A stretch of DNA of 64,000 nt from Candidatus Omnitrophota bacterium. GTDB lineage: Bacteria; Omnitrophota; Gorgyraeia; Zapsychrales; Fredricksoniimonadaceae. A program made the translations under genes and the position numbers. Positions 1-8,629 of the stretch are shown here, in pieces. Every line of letters starts with the position of its first letter. Position 1 is the stretch's first letter. The notes under the pieces are model-generated. The model had not been told where the DNA came from and made no database searches. It saw only the letters and a list, made by a program, of their open reading frames with translations. Location: NCBI GenBank assembly GCA_903901225.1, contig CAIUQE010000034.1, forward strand, positions 17,391-81,390. The letters run 5' to 3'.

Positions 1-625
1 CTGAATGAACCTTCTCGGCTATATTATCCGAAAGAATAATATCGCCCCACCCATAAGAACTGAACGGCATCAACCTTCCCTCAAGCCCGATGAATTTTTT
101 GCCCTTAAGGTAATGGTTTGTCTTTTGATAATCACGGAACAGATCAATAAATCCTTTGAGGGCGGCGTCGCTCACGCTGAAAACCTGTATGACAGTATTT
201 TCCATGATACGATCATCCCTCATGCTGACGCAAAAAGGACTGCCCTTCCATTTGAAAAAGATCGTTGCGCGTGACCATACCGCCTCATAAATTCCCGGCA
301 TGACCTCTAAATCACGAAAAAGAGGATAAGAAACCCGCGGTTCGCTGTATCTCTCGCTCTCATAATTACCCTCTTCAAGTGTCTCAGCCTGCTCGGAAAG
401 TATCTTCTTCAAGCAGTAAACAGTATTGTTCAACAATATCCCGCTGATCTTCTGCTCATTGATCCGAAGGGTCGCAAGCCGGTCGCGTGACATGGCAAAA
501 TGCCTTGCCAATGCCTGCTGCTTCTCATCATATTCCCTGACTTCATCGTACTGGATCCTGGCGGTTACATAGCGTTCAAACCCCCGATCGATCCAATTCT
601 CAACAAATGCCTTTATCCCGTCCAT
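1..625 (-). CDS. hypothetical protein, 3'-truncated by the window edge (208+ aa; ATG at 625-623)
   Basis: I translated the minus strand by hand from the ATG at 625 down to nt 1 and found no stop. It is not in the ORF track because it has no stop inside the window. It overlaps and is more protein-like than the plus-strand ORF at 5..274. It has no recognisable family. The C-terminal part, ending KFIGLEGRLMPFSSYGWGDIIL, could precede a P-loop domain. Confidence 0.4.
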   Translation of the reverse strand, partial: MDGIKAFVENWIDRGFERYVTARIQYDEVREYDEKQQALARHFAMSRDRLATLRINEQKISGILLNNTVYCLKKILSEQAETLEEGNYESERYSEPRVSYPLFRDLEVMPGIYEAVWSRATIFFKWKGSPFCVSMRDDRIMENTVIQVFSVSDAALKGFIDLFRDYQKTNHYLKGKKFIGLEGRLMPFSSYGWGDIILSDNIAEKVHS

Positions 626-698
626 GCCAACCCCCCTGTCTTTGTATTTCTACAAGCATAACAGGGGGTGGCGACAGCATTGTGTCGCGGATATAAAC

Positions 699-735
699 AA
701 AAAGCCGGACAGCATTTTGTGCCGTCCGGCTAGCA
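699..735 (-). terminator. rho-independent terminator downstream of the 792..1385 gene
   Basis: Read on the minus strand this is a GCCGGAC..GTCCGGC hairpin followed by TTTTTGTTTATA. It sits 60 nt past the stop of the 792..1385 CDS. Confidence 0.55.
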
Positions 736-791
736 GAAAGAAAATATTAAAGTTTATAGTTTAACCTTATTGCCCTTAATTAGAACATGAA

Positions 792-1385
792 TCAGATCGC
801 CCTAACATTTGCTTCTATTTCATGTAAGAACGCCGACACAATAGGGAAATTGTTCAAAGTATCCTTAACTTGCCCGTCATTTAGAAAATGCTCGAAAAAT
901 TCTTGAGAATTAATATGCGGCATATGCCTGCTGAAAAAGTCTACAACTTCATCGACAAATAGTTTTGCCGCCGATACTGAATTCTCTTCAATATAACGGT
1001 CGCTCACGACATGATCTTGCAAAGGCACCTGGATAAGCAACAAGGGATTCTGATTGTGCGGTCCGAGTCCACACCAGCCAAACTTAGGATATCTCGTTAA
1101 ATCTCGAAATCTTCTATAATCCTGTGGATAGTATGTGAACATTATTTGATCGCTAGCAACAGTAATGAACATGGAGAAAATAAACCATGTTTTCGTCTGT
1201 TCGTCATCAAATAACCCAACTGCGCGCCTCCAGGATTCTGCGTCGAAGAAAGAATCCCCCGGATTAGTGGCATTCGTACCTGGAACAAAACTTATTCTTT
1301 TAAAATCATTTCGAAATTCCTCCAAATAGTATCCCCTAATGTCGTTTGGCATCCTATTCTCCATTTTATTTTGCTGGGCTCTCAT
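792..1385 (-). CDS. hypothetical protein (197 aa)
   Basis: Intact ORF in the low-GC island with no recognisable motifs. Confidence 0.5.
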   Translation of the reverse strand: MRAQQNKMENRMPNDIRGYYLEEFRNDFKRISFVPGTNATNPGDSFFDAESWRRAVGLFDDEQTKTWFIFSMFITVASDQIMFTYYPQDYRRFRDLTRYPKFGWCGLGPHNQNPLLLIQVPLQDHVVSDRYIEENSVSAAKLFVDEVVDFFSRHMPHINSQEFFEHFLNDGQVKDTLNNFPIVSAFLHEIEANVRAI

Positions 1386-1441
1386 ATACTTTTCAACATT
1401 CTACCTTCAGCCTACCTTTATCTCAAGAATCAAATATCAAC

Positions 1442-2014
1442 TCAATGTTTCTTATTCCTGTTCGCATGCGATCCTACGCTAAGAAGTAAATACACGGCGA
1501 TAAAACCCACCGTGATCACAAAACCGAGAACAATTTGGAACAAGTTGATAATAAATGACTCACACGCGTTCTTTGTCCAGCGCGTTGTCCTCCCAAAAGG
1601 CAGGCAGCACATGGCCAAAGTAACAAGCGTTGATATTATAGGACAACCCGGCCAGGTTTTATTGGACGGCTCCAGCTTTAAAGAACAAATCGTTAGATCG
1701 GAATGTCCAAAACAACCGTTCAACCACATACATCCCACAATTAACCATATCCCCACATAAATGAAAACATTGCTCCAGGCAAACAACGGATAATCGTACA
1801 GTTCCCTTACCCTCTCCTTGTAACTATAAATCCCCCAACTTAACAACACCCAGACAACCACGCAGCCGACAAATATAAGCGTCCCTTCCCAGGTAACACC
1901 AAGCATCGTCAATTCCTTCACAATGCTCCAGTTCATCACCCAGTTTGATATTTGCCCTAAGTAGCCCTGTGCATGGATCGTGCCCATAAACAAATACCGC
2001 CCTTTTCCTAACAT
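1442..2014 (-). CDS. hypothetical integral membrane protein (about 4 TM segments)
   Basis: Several hydrophobic helices, e.g. TLIFVGCVVVWVLLSWGIY and IVLGFVITVGFIAVYLLL. The true start is uncertain. Confidence 0.4.
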   Translation of the reverse strand: MLGKGRYLFMGTIHAQGYLGQISNWVMNWSIVKELTMLGVTWEGTLIFVGCVVVWVLLSWGIYSYKERVRELYDYPLFAWSNVFIYVGIWLIVGCMWLNGCFGHSDLTICSLKLEPSNKTWPGCPIISTLVTLAMCCLPFGRTTRWTKNACESFIINLFQIVLGFVITVGFIAVYLLLSVGSHANRNKKH

Positions 2015-2051
2015 TACCTACGACTCATTCTCTAAACCATCCCGACAATTG

Positions 2052-2438
2052 CTATGAAACAATCCCTTCAATGATCAAGGGGCTCCCCTTGTTCTCAGGC
2101 AGGCAACTTTTATCCGGAAAAAAAGTGATCATTTCGGGGCAACAAACACCGACAACATTCTTTTTCAGGCCGCTCCACTTCACAAGATAAGCAGGGATCG
2201 GGATCCTCATGAAACCATGCTTCTTTAAATCGATTTCATTGGTCCCTTTAATTAACGTGTCCAAAAGGTCGCTTGCGGCCTTACTCCCCAACTGCTGTCG
2301 CAACTTCTTCCCCATTTGGAGCCATTCTTTCTTGGGAAACATATAAAGCCCCGCCCTCTTTCCTCTAATTAGGAAAACTTTCTCAAACTTGTTCTTTTGT
2401 AAGAAGTCTTTTAGCTTCGCATTGATGACAATGTTCAT
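2052..2438 (-). CDS. MraZ-like (duplicated SpoVT/AbrB-type) putative DNA-binding protein
   Basis: Two-half architecture resembling MraZ: FLIRGKRAGLYMFPKKEW and ...KKHGFMRIPIPAYLVKWSGL. Its stop overlaps the phosphatase gene by 4 nt (ATGA). Confidence 0.35.
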   Translation of the reverse strand: MNIVINAKLKDFLQKNKFEKVFLIRGKRAGLYMFPKKEWLQMGKKLRQQLGSKAASDLLDTLIKGTNEIDLKKHGFMRIPIPAYLVKWSGLKKNVVGVCCPEMITFFPDKSCLPENKGSPLIIEGIVS

Positions 2439-2887
2439 ATAGCGCTTTCCTTAGACAAAAACCTCACCGCCGCACCGGTTCGATCTCTTCCGGCACTACA
2501 ATGAACCAGCACAGGCTTGGGCAAACCTCGAAATGCCTCCAGCACTCCCCGCGATTCTTCCGGTGATAAAGCCGGCGACTTATGATCCCGCACAGGAATA
2601 TGCACCACATCAAAACCTTTCTTTCTGTAATAAGCAACAAGCCCTTCCGTTACATCATAAAACTTGAGTTGCTCGTCATCGAGGAGGCATATAATTGACC
2701 TTATTCCGCTCTCTTGAATTGGCTCAAGCCATCGATCAACCTCCGCCTGCCCGATCCCCTGCTTCTTTGGATATCCAGGCCGCAAACTTCTAGCTAACAC
2801 ACCTTCTTTTACCCATTCAATCCCAAAACCAATACTTTCCCTTACCATGAGAGCCTCCTTATTAACTGGATAGATCATAAAGCACAA
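2435..2887 (-). CDS. protein-tyrosine / dual-specificity phosphatase family protein
   Basis: CX5R catalytic P-loop VHCSAGRDRTG. Confidence 0.7.
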   Translation of the reverse strand: MCFMIYPVNKEALMVRESIGFGIEWVKEGVLARSLRPGYPKKQGIGQAEVDRWLEPIQESGIRSIICLLDDEQLKFYDVTEGLVAYYRKKGFDVVHIPVRDHKSPALSPEESRGVLEAFRGLPKPVLVHCSAGRDRTGAAVRFLSKESAI

Positions 2888-2898
2888 AAGCGACGACC

Positions 2899-3171
2899 TT
2901 ATGTCGCACCCCTGGCAGTTTCAGGATATTTCCTGAATAAATACAGCATTCCTAACGTCAAGACCAGGTTAGCCACGCCGCTTGCGATAAATACAGGCTC
3001 CCTGATGGCGATCGCCCGGATCAGATAACAGGCTATTGCGACGAACAATATCTGATATGTCATCACGCTTAACCCTTTCGTTGACCGCTCTCTGACGGAT
3101 TTAACCAACTGCGGGATCGATGTCAGCATGCCAAGAACCATCCCAACCCATCCTATTGCCTCAGTCCACAT
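2899..3171 (-). CDS. SemiSWEET / PQ-loop (MtN3-like) small transporter
   Basis: 90 aa with three TM helices and a PQ motif in TM1 (LTSIPQLVKS). Confidence 0.6.
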   Translation of the reverse strand: MWTEAIGWVGMVLGMLTSIPQLVKSVRERSTKGLSVMTYQILFVAIACYLIRAIAIREPVFIASGVANLVLTLGMLYLFRKYPETARGAT

Positions 3172-3254
3172 ACCTCGCCTTTCTTTCGTTTAACGTCTTT
3201 ACTTCCTGTGACAAGGATACAACAATGTGGCGACATCATTATGTCGCGTTAAAA

Positions 3255-3290
3255 TAAAAAAGCCGGACAGCATTTTGTGCCGTCCAGCTT
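3255..3290 (-). terminator. rho-independent terminator downstream of the yhaV-like gene (second copy of the repeated hairpin element)
   Basis: AAAAAAGCCGGACAGCATTTTGTGCCGTCCAGCT. On the minus strand this is a hairpin followed by a T-run. Confidence 0.5.
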
Positions 3291-3365
3291 GATGATTCAG
3301 TTGAAAACAATACTATCTTCTATGCCATCAACTTTCAAATCCGCCTTACCCGCGATCCTAACGCA

Positions 3366-3818
3366 TCAATACTGGTAGCGCCGGATCCATTTCTGAATAG
3401 CAGGATCTTGAGGATCGTGGGAAGTCTTTCCGCCTCTGACCATCTGCTTAAATTCCTCATAAGGATCATTCCCACCCCCCTGCTTCCTCAAATGATCTTT
3501 ATCGTTAACATATAGATAAATGATAATGCCAGGTTTGTTCGAGAAGCAAAACATGATCCTGTACCGCTGCAACCCCTGTTTGTACCTTCTGTACTTCCTA
3601 AGATCACCGGAAAGCACGTATTCAGGCCTGTTGGGATCTTCTGGAATGATCTCTACCGTGGCCCTTCTGATCCTTGCAGCCAGTTTTACCGTCTCATGCT
3701 GGGAAAATTCATCCTTTGAAAGAGTGGCATGTAATTTCTTTACCTGCTCTTTCAGCTTGCCGATCCGCAGGGCAAATAACTCATGGCATTTGAGATAATA
3801 CTTACTCATCTTCCGCAT
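3366..3818 (-). CDS. yhaV: type II toxin-antitoxin system YhaV-family toxin
   Basis: Clear similarity to E. coli YhaV as I recall its sequence. RYRIMFCFSNKPGIIIYLYVNDKDHLRKQGGGNDPYEEFKQMVRGG matches RYRLFFRYSEKEKVIILGWMNDENTLRTYGKKTDAYTVFSKMLKRG. Confidence 0.75.
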   Translation of the reverse strand: MRKMSKYYLKCHELFALRIGKLKEQVKKLHATLSKDEFSQHETVKLAARIRRATVEIIPEDPNRPEYVLSGDLRKYRRYKQGLQRYRIMFCFSNKPGIIIYLYVNDKDHLRKQGGGNDPYEEFKQMVRGGKTSHDPQDPAIQKWIRRYQY

Positions 3819-5082
3819 CCACGCCTTTTAACAACATATCCCACTCTTTATCCCAGACCTTGTGCATGTCCTGCAACTTATGGGGATTCTTTAAAGAGTC
3901 CTCCACCAATGCTTTAATGAACGTCTTGAACTCAGGTTCTGATTCAATGTTTTCCAGCGTGTTCTTGGACACCATGATCAGACGGTCTTTATCATACTTA
4001 ATTATGATCTCAGTATTACCCGACCCGACGAACTCTTTGGGAAGATCTATCGCGCAGCTTCCACACTCCTTCAAATATCCATCCACCATCGCCCTGATCT
4101 CAGCCTTGAATGGCGCCGGCTCCAGGACCGTCAAACACGGGATCCAATGCATGATCAGGTGTTTGATCTCCTCGGGATGTGCCGGAAACGTTGCGATCAC
4201 CATAGAACCGTCAGAGCATTCCTCAACGGTCTTCTGAAGCGGGAAGAAACAACACGACTTGAAATATGGAACAACTTCCGGCGCGACGCGGATCAGGACG
4301 CGATCACCGCGCTTTTCGTCAAACCAGATATTCACACTCTCATCCAGGATCTTGTTGATATCGAGCTGCGGGCTGAAATAATCATCTTCCAGGTTTTGGA
4401 CATCCCTGATCCGGTCGACACGGTACTTCTGGATCTGCTTCTCCCCGTTCTTTATGGCGATCAAATACCAGAAGCCGCCGTAAAACGCGAGCTTGAGCGG
4501 TTCAAGATAATATTCTTTTTCGACCTGGGCCGCGTTGATGTATTTCATCCGGATGCGGTTGCTTTCAATGATAGCGGCCTGAAGAAAGCCGACCTCGGTC
4601 GTCGCCGGCAAAGGCAACTGCTGGGCTGACACCTTCACATAAAACGGCGAATCGAGCTTCTTCATGGTCACGCGCGAAAAAAGGTCCTTGAAAGAATTTT
4701 CAAATGTCTGACCCAGATCCGTGGCCATTTCGAACAGGAACGACATGAGTGACGCCTGTTCCTGGGTCAGCGAAAATTTGCGCAGCGTATACCCGGCAAG
4801 GAACGAATACCTGCCTTTATCCGGCCCGAGAATAGGGATCCCCGCTTCTTTAAGCACGGTCAGGTCACGTTCGATCGTGCGCTGGACAACATCGAATTCC
4901 TTAACAAGATGCTCAATTGAAACGGAATTGCCTTGATCAAGGACTGAAAGGATGGCAATACGGCGCGCGGCAGCCTTCTTTTGAGATTCCGGCATCTTTT
5001 TCTCAGCGGACCTCTTGAAGGTTACAGTTTTTTTCTCACGACGTGTCCGAGCCTTCTTCACGGCCTTCTTTTTTACCGGCAT
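3802..5082 (-). CDS. HTH-WYL-WCX transcriptional regulator fused in-frame to a PrlF-like (SpoVT/AbrB) antitoxin domain
   Basis: HTH at IAILSVLDQGNSVSIEHLVKEFDVVQRTIERDL and WYL motif FYGGFWYLIAIKNGEKQIQKYRVDRIRDV. The C-terminal 95 aa (nt 3802-4089) resemble PrlF (FIKALVEDSLKNPHKL...LLKGVDAEDE vs FLRFLDADIQNNPQK...LVAGMDVNIDDEIGDDE). The likely start is the ATG at 5082-5080, 2 nt after the DUF2779 stop. The ORF track extends it to 5151. Confidence 0.7.
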   Translation of the reverse strand: MPVKKKAVKKARTRREKKTVTFKRSAEKKMPESQKKAAARRIAILSVLDQGNSVSIEHLVKEFDVVQRTIERDLTVLKEAGIPILGPDKGRYSFLAGYTLRKFSLTQEQASLMSFLFEMATDLGQTFENSFKDLFSRVTMKKLDSPFYVKVSAQQLPLPATTEVGFLQAAIIESNRIRMKYINAAQVEKEYYLEPLKLAFYGGFWYLIAIKNGEKQIQKYRVDRIRDVQNLEDDYFSPQLDINKILDESVNIWFDEKRGDRVLIRVAPEVVPYFKSCCFFPLQKTVEECSDGSMVIATFPAHPEEIKHLIMHWIPCLTVLEPAPFKAEIRAMVDGYLKECGSCAIDLPKEFVGSGNTEIIIKYDKDRLIMVSKNTLENIESEPEFKTFIKALVEDSLKNPHKLQDMHKVWDKEWDMLLKGVDAEDE

Positions 5083-5084
5083 AG

Positions 5085-6647
5085 TCAACCTTTCGTAATG
5101 ACCCTTAACGCAGTCAGGATATCTACCATTCCACCTGTGTCCAACCCGCAATATGCCTCCAGATCAGCATAAACTTTGGCACGATCAATCGGGTCAACGC
5201 CCGCGCCGTAAGTTACCCTGGAATATTCTGACGTGGCCTGCCCGCCGTCGGCAATGGGCATTCCCTCATAACCCTTGCCTGTTAAAGCCGGCAGGACCTT
5301 CTTGAGCGACGCGGAGCCGTGCTCATCAGGGTGGTAATAATAGAACTTCTGGAATGGCACCAGAAGATCGACCAGACGGAGGTTGATATCTTCACAGCAC
5401 TGCCGGTACGCGGGGAACTGCTCGCCTATCTCCTTCAAACGCAATTTCTCAAAGGACTGGTTGTACGCCACCACATCCCCTTCCTGCCCCATGCAGGCGC
5501 TTAAAGCTTTGATGAATTCCAGGCGAGGATCATCGGCCTTTTTATGCAGAAAAGCATGATGTTCAACCGGCCCGCCGGGCGTTCTTTGAATATGCACAGA
5601 GAACTGGAACGGGATCTGCTGGTACGGCCGCGTGCCATTAAAGCGCGGCAGGACCTCGAAGATCGTCTCAAAATCCATAAAGTAGAGCGGGTAGCGCAAA
5701 CTTTTGATGAACGTATTGATCTCATCAAGTTCCACATGCGGTTGTTGCGTTATCGCGCAAACACGCTGGATCTGCTGGTTGGCCGACAGTTTAACGTTAT
5801 CAGGAATATCTTTAAGGCGTAAAACACCCTGGTCGATAAGGTCAAACCCTTTGGACTTCCCCCGATACAGCTCAAGCACGTGCTCCCTGGGAAGGAACGC
5901 CCAGCAGATCGGGATCATCTGGCACTCGTAAGGATCGCGGCAATGCTCCCTTATCGATATGTGCGGACACGCGGGCATGTCGATGATATCGAGAAACCCC
6001 TTCACCAACGACGGTGTCACACCGTAGAACGGCTTGATCTCTTCCGTGACATCAAGCAGGGTAAATAATTCATGGGGGTTAATATCCCCGTCACGCACAT
6101 ACGTGTTATTCACGTGCATCAAATAGCAGCGGCCGATCCTGATCCCGGCCTGTTCGTAACAATAACGCTGGAACGCGATGTCCTGTAAATAGACATCCTT
6201 GCACTTCGTCGAGCATTTCACCTCGATCACGTCCCAGACGCCGGGCTTTTCAGGTGAAGGCCGCAGGATATCCGCGCGGGCATAAAGCCGCCCCGCCTTG
6301 ATCCCAGCCTCATAGATGGGCTTCGGGTCTTTTGACGCTAATAGCGCCTGCGTTTCCGCCAGGTTCTTCAAAAAATCATCTTCCTGGACATGAACCCCTC
6401 CCGGAAAGCACCTGGTCGCCAATTCACTGACGAGATGGCCCGTATCGAAAACTTTCTGCAGCGCGGCGGTCGGTTCGGGAATTTCTAGCGGGGCATTGCA
6501 ACGCGTCCAGAGCAATTTAGGGCACTGCAAGCCGTTGAGGAATTTGGACTTGGTAAGAAGCTTCGGGTCCCTGCGGACTTTTGTTTCGATCAAGAACTCC
6601 AGCAAACCGTCGCTGCGTTCTTCCTGATAAAGGTTCTCTTCACTCAT
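5085..6647 (-). CDS. DUF2779-family protein (PD-(D/E)xK nuclease-like N-terminus and a DxE exonuclease-like motif)
   Basis: VWDVIEVKCSTK has a D..EVK motif. YFMDFETIFE is the DUF2779 signature. Length is 520 aa. Confidence 0.65.
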   Translation of the reverse strand: MSEENLYQEERSDGLLEFLIETKVRRDPKLLTKSKFLNGLQCPKLLWTRCNAPLEIPEPTAALQKVFDTGHLVSELATRCFPGGVHVQEDDFLKNLAETQALLASKDPKPIYEAGIKAGRLYARADILRPSPEKPGVWDVIEVKCSTKCKDVYLQDIAFQRYCYEQAGIRIGRCYLMHVNNTYVRDGDINPHELFTLLDVTEEIKPFYGVTPSLVKGFLDIIDMPACPHISIREHCRDPYECQMIPICWAFLPREHVLELYRGKSKGFDLIDQGVLRLKDIPDNVKLSANQQIQRVCAITQQPHVELDEINTFIKSLRYPLYFMDFETIFEVLPRFNGTRPYQQIPFQFSVHIQRTPGGPVEHHAFLHKKADDPRLEFIKALSACMGQEGDVVAYNQSFEKLRLKEIGEQFPAYRQCCEDINLRLVDLLVPFQKFYYYHPDEHGSASLKKVLPALTGKGYEGMPIADGGQATSEYSRVTYGAGVDPIDRAKVYADLEAYCGLDTGGMVDILTALRVITKG

Positions 6648-7257
6648 GGTGATCAGACCTCCACGTCATTGTTTTAAAGTATAGCCGATGCGAAACACTT
6701 TTGATAATGAAAACTTCTGCCGCATCCCTTACCCGACAGCTTCTTCACGGATATCCTCAAAGCGCATATACTGCCCCTGAAAACGCAGCATTACAGCGCC
6801 CAATGGACCATTGCGGTGTTTTCTGACACAAACCTGCATTTTTCCAAGATCAGCGACCGTGGCGCCTTAATTGAGCGGGATATTTCACTGATCTCCTGCT
6901 GACGGTCCTTTTTACCTTCCAATATAAAAGGTAGCTACGACAGCGTTATGTCGCTATTTTATAAATCAGTCTTAACCCCTCCTCCTGTTATCCCCGTATT
7001 GTAAATCTTTCATATTATGGGGACACCCGAAACTTTGATCTCTTGATGACGAGAATCCGAGCTGAAATCGTCGTCGCCCCACCGGGCGGACACAAGGTCC
7101 GCCCCTACGCTCACAATAATCATCCTCTCGATTTGCTAAAGATTTACGCAAAAACGCGGGGGAGGGCTTCATTAAGGCCATCGCTTCAATAAACTTTCAC
7201 ACCCCGGAAGCATGGAAATTCTTGTGGATTTGACGGCGTGTTGTAAAATACAGTCCT

Positions 7258-8451
7258 ATGAAACGATCCATTCACCTCTGGCTGACAGCCGGCTTCATCC
7301 TGTTATTCGCGATCGGCTTTGCCTGGCGGCACCCGCGCACGGCGCCACTGCCGGCCAATGCCGCGCTGGGTTACGGCGGACCCATTGCCATCGCCCTGAC
7401 CGCCTCGTCGACGGGAGAGATCACGGATGTCAAGGTTGCCCGGCACAATGAAACACCTTCTTACGTCACGGGCATGCCGGAATTCCTGCGGCAATTCAAC
7501 GGGCGCACGGTCCACAGCCCCCTGAAACTCGGGCACGGCATCGACGCCATGTCCGGCGCGACCGTCACCAGCCGCGCCATCCTCCTGGCCGTAAAAAAAG
7601 ACCTCTTCGGCAAGATGAACCTGCCCCTGCCCGCGGATGACACGGCGGGTGACTTTCCGTGGGCGCAGGTCCTTGCGCCGCTGTTCCTCTGGCTGATCGC
7701 CCTGGCCGCGCTCCTGCGCCGCAGCAGTGCCTTGCGCTGGGCCGCCATGGCGGGCGGGTTCGTGTATTTCGGGTTCATCACCCATACCATGCTTTCCATC
7801 GTCCAGGTCGTACAGGCCGGAATATGGCACATCCCCGGCTTCAGGGATGATCCTTTGTGGTGGCTCCTCATGGCCACGGGGCTGGCTGGCGGCTTTTTAT
7901 TTGGCCGCGTCTACTGCGGCAGCCTCTGCCCTTTCGCGCTGGTGCATGAACTGCTGCACCTGCTGGTGCGGCGCAAACGCCCGGCATCACCGGGCATCTC
8001 GCCGAACCTCGACCGCAACGCGCGGCTGATCAAATATGCTTTGCTCTTTGTGATCACGGGCCTTTGCTTTGTTCTTGGCAACGCCGCGGCGGCGAACATG
8101 GAACCGTTCATCACGCTTTTTTCAGGGCATGGCGGCAAGATGGCGTGGTTTTTCCTCGCGCTGATGTTCGTCATGGGCATATTCTACTTCCGCGCCTGGT
8201 GCGCGTACCTCTGCCCGGTGGGCGCGCTGACCGGCCTGGTCGCCCTATTCAGTGTCAACAAGATCGTCCCGGCCAAAACCTGCACGGCCTGCGACATCTG
8301 CGCGAACGCGTGTCCGTCCAACGCCATTGCCAAAGGCGCTCATGCCCGTCCCGTCGTTGACATGACGGAATGCATCGCCTGCGCGAAATGCCTTCGCGCC
8401 TGCCCGGTGAACGCGCTACAATGGAAACGTGGCCCCGATGAAAAAGCATGA
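7258..8451 (+). CDS. NosR/NapH-like membrane protein with an FMN-binding domain and 4Fe-4S ferredoxin domains
   Basis: FMN_bind signature GYGGPI...ITDVKV..HNETP..IDAMSGATVTSRA. CX3CP motifs CGSLCPF and CAYLCPVG. Two CxxCxxCxxxCP ferredoxin motifs near the C-terminus. Confidence 0.7.
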   Translation: MKRSIHLWLTAGFILLFAIGFAWRHPRTAPLPANAALGYGGPIAIALTASSTGEITDVKVARHNETPSYVTGMPEFLRQFNGRTVHSPLKLGHGIDAMSGATVTSRAILLAVKKDLFGKMNLPLPADDTAGDFPWAQVLAPLFLWLIALAALLRRSSALRWAAMAGGFVYFGFITHTMLSIVQVVQAGIWHIPGFRDDPLWWLLMATGLAGGFLFGRVYCGSLCPFALVHELLHLLVRRKRPASPGISPNLDRNARLIKYALLFVITGLCFVLGNAAAANMEPFITLFSGHGGKMAWFFLALMFVMGIFYFRAWCAYLCPVGALTGLVALFSVNKIVPAKTCTACDICANACPSNAIAKGAHARPVVDMTECIACAKCLRACPVNALQWKRGPDEKA

Positions 8452-8629
8452 CAATATCTTCATTTTTTTGACCGCCGTGGCCGTGGCTTCCGTTGCCTGG
8501 ATCATCACGGATAACATCGCGACGTCTTACGGCCAAATGGCCATGACAACCGCGTCGATCCGCCAAAATTTCATCAACATGAAACTCCCCCTGCACGAGG
8601 GAAAATACTGGAAGCCGTCCGATGAATAA
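8438..8629 (+). CDS. small single-TM membrane protein (63 aa)
   Basis: Its ATG at 8438 overlaps the upstream stop, and its TAA overlaps the ATG of the downstream radical SAM gene (ATGAATAA). One hydrophobic helix, IFIFLTAVAVASVAWIIT. Confidence 0.4.
   Translation: MKKHDNIFIFLTAVAVASVAWIITDNIATSYGQMAMTTASIRQNFINMKLPLHEGKYWKPSDE

Noticed and set aside
5-274. Plus-strand 89-aa ORF at the left edge
   Set aside because: It lies entirely inside a longer, continuous minus-strand reading frame (1-625) that has a clean ATG and a more protein-like composition. It is likely an antisense artefact.
7030-7075. Hammerhead-ribozyme-like string (UUGAUGA ... CUGAAA) in the island boundary intergenic region
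   Set aside because: The segment that would form stem II (CGAG...CGAG) is not self-complementary, and no stem I/III pairing is evident, so the conserved core cannot fold.
6650-7257. Searched the island/core junction for a tRNA or tmRNA integration target or direct repeats
   Set aside because: I could not recognise a cloverleaf or a T-loop GTTCRANNC motif by eye. The left end of the island is outside the window, so attachment-site repeats cannot be assessed.
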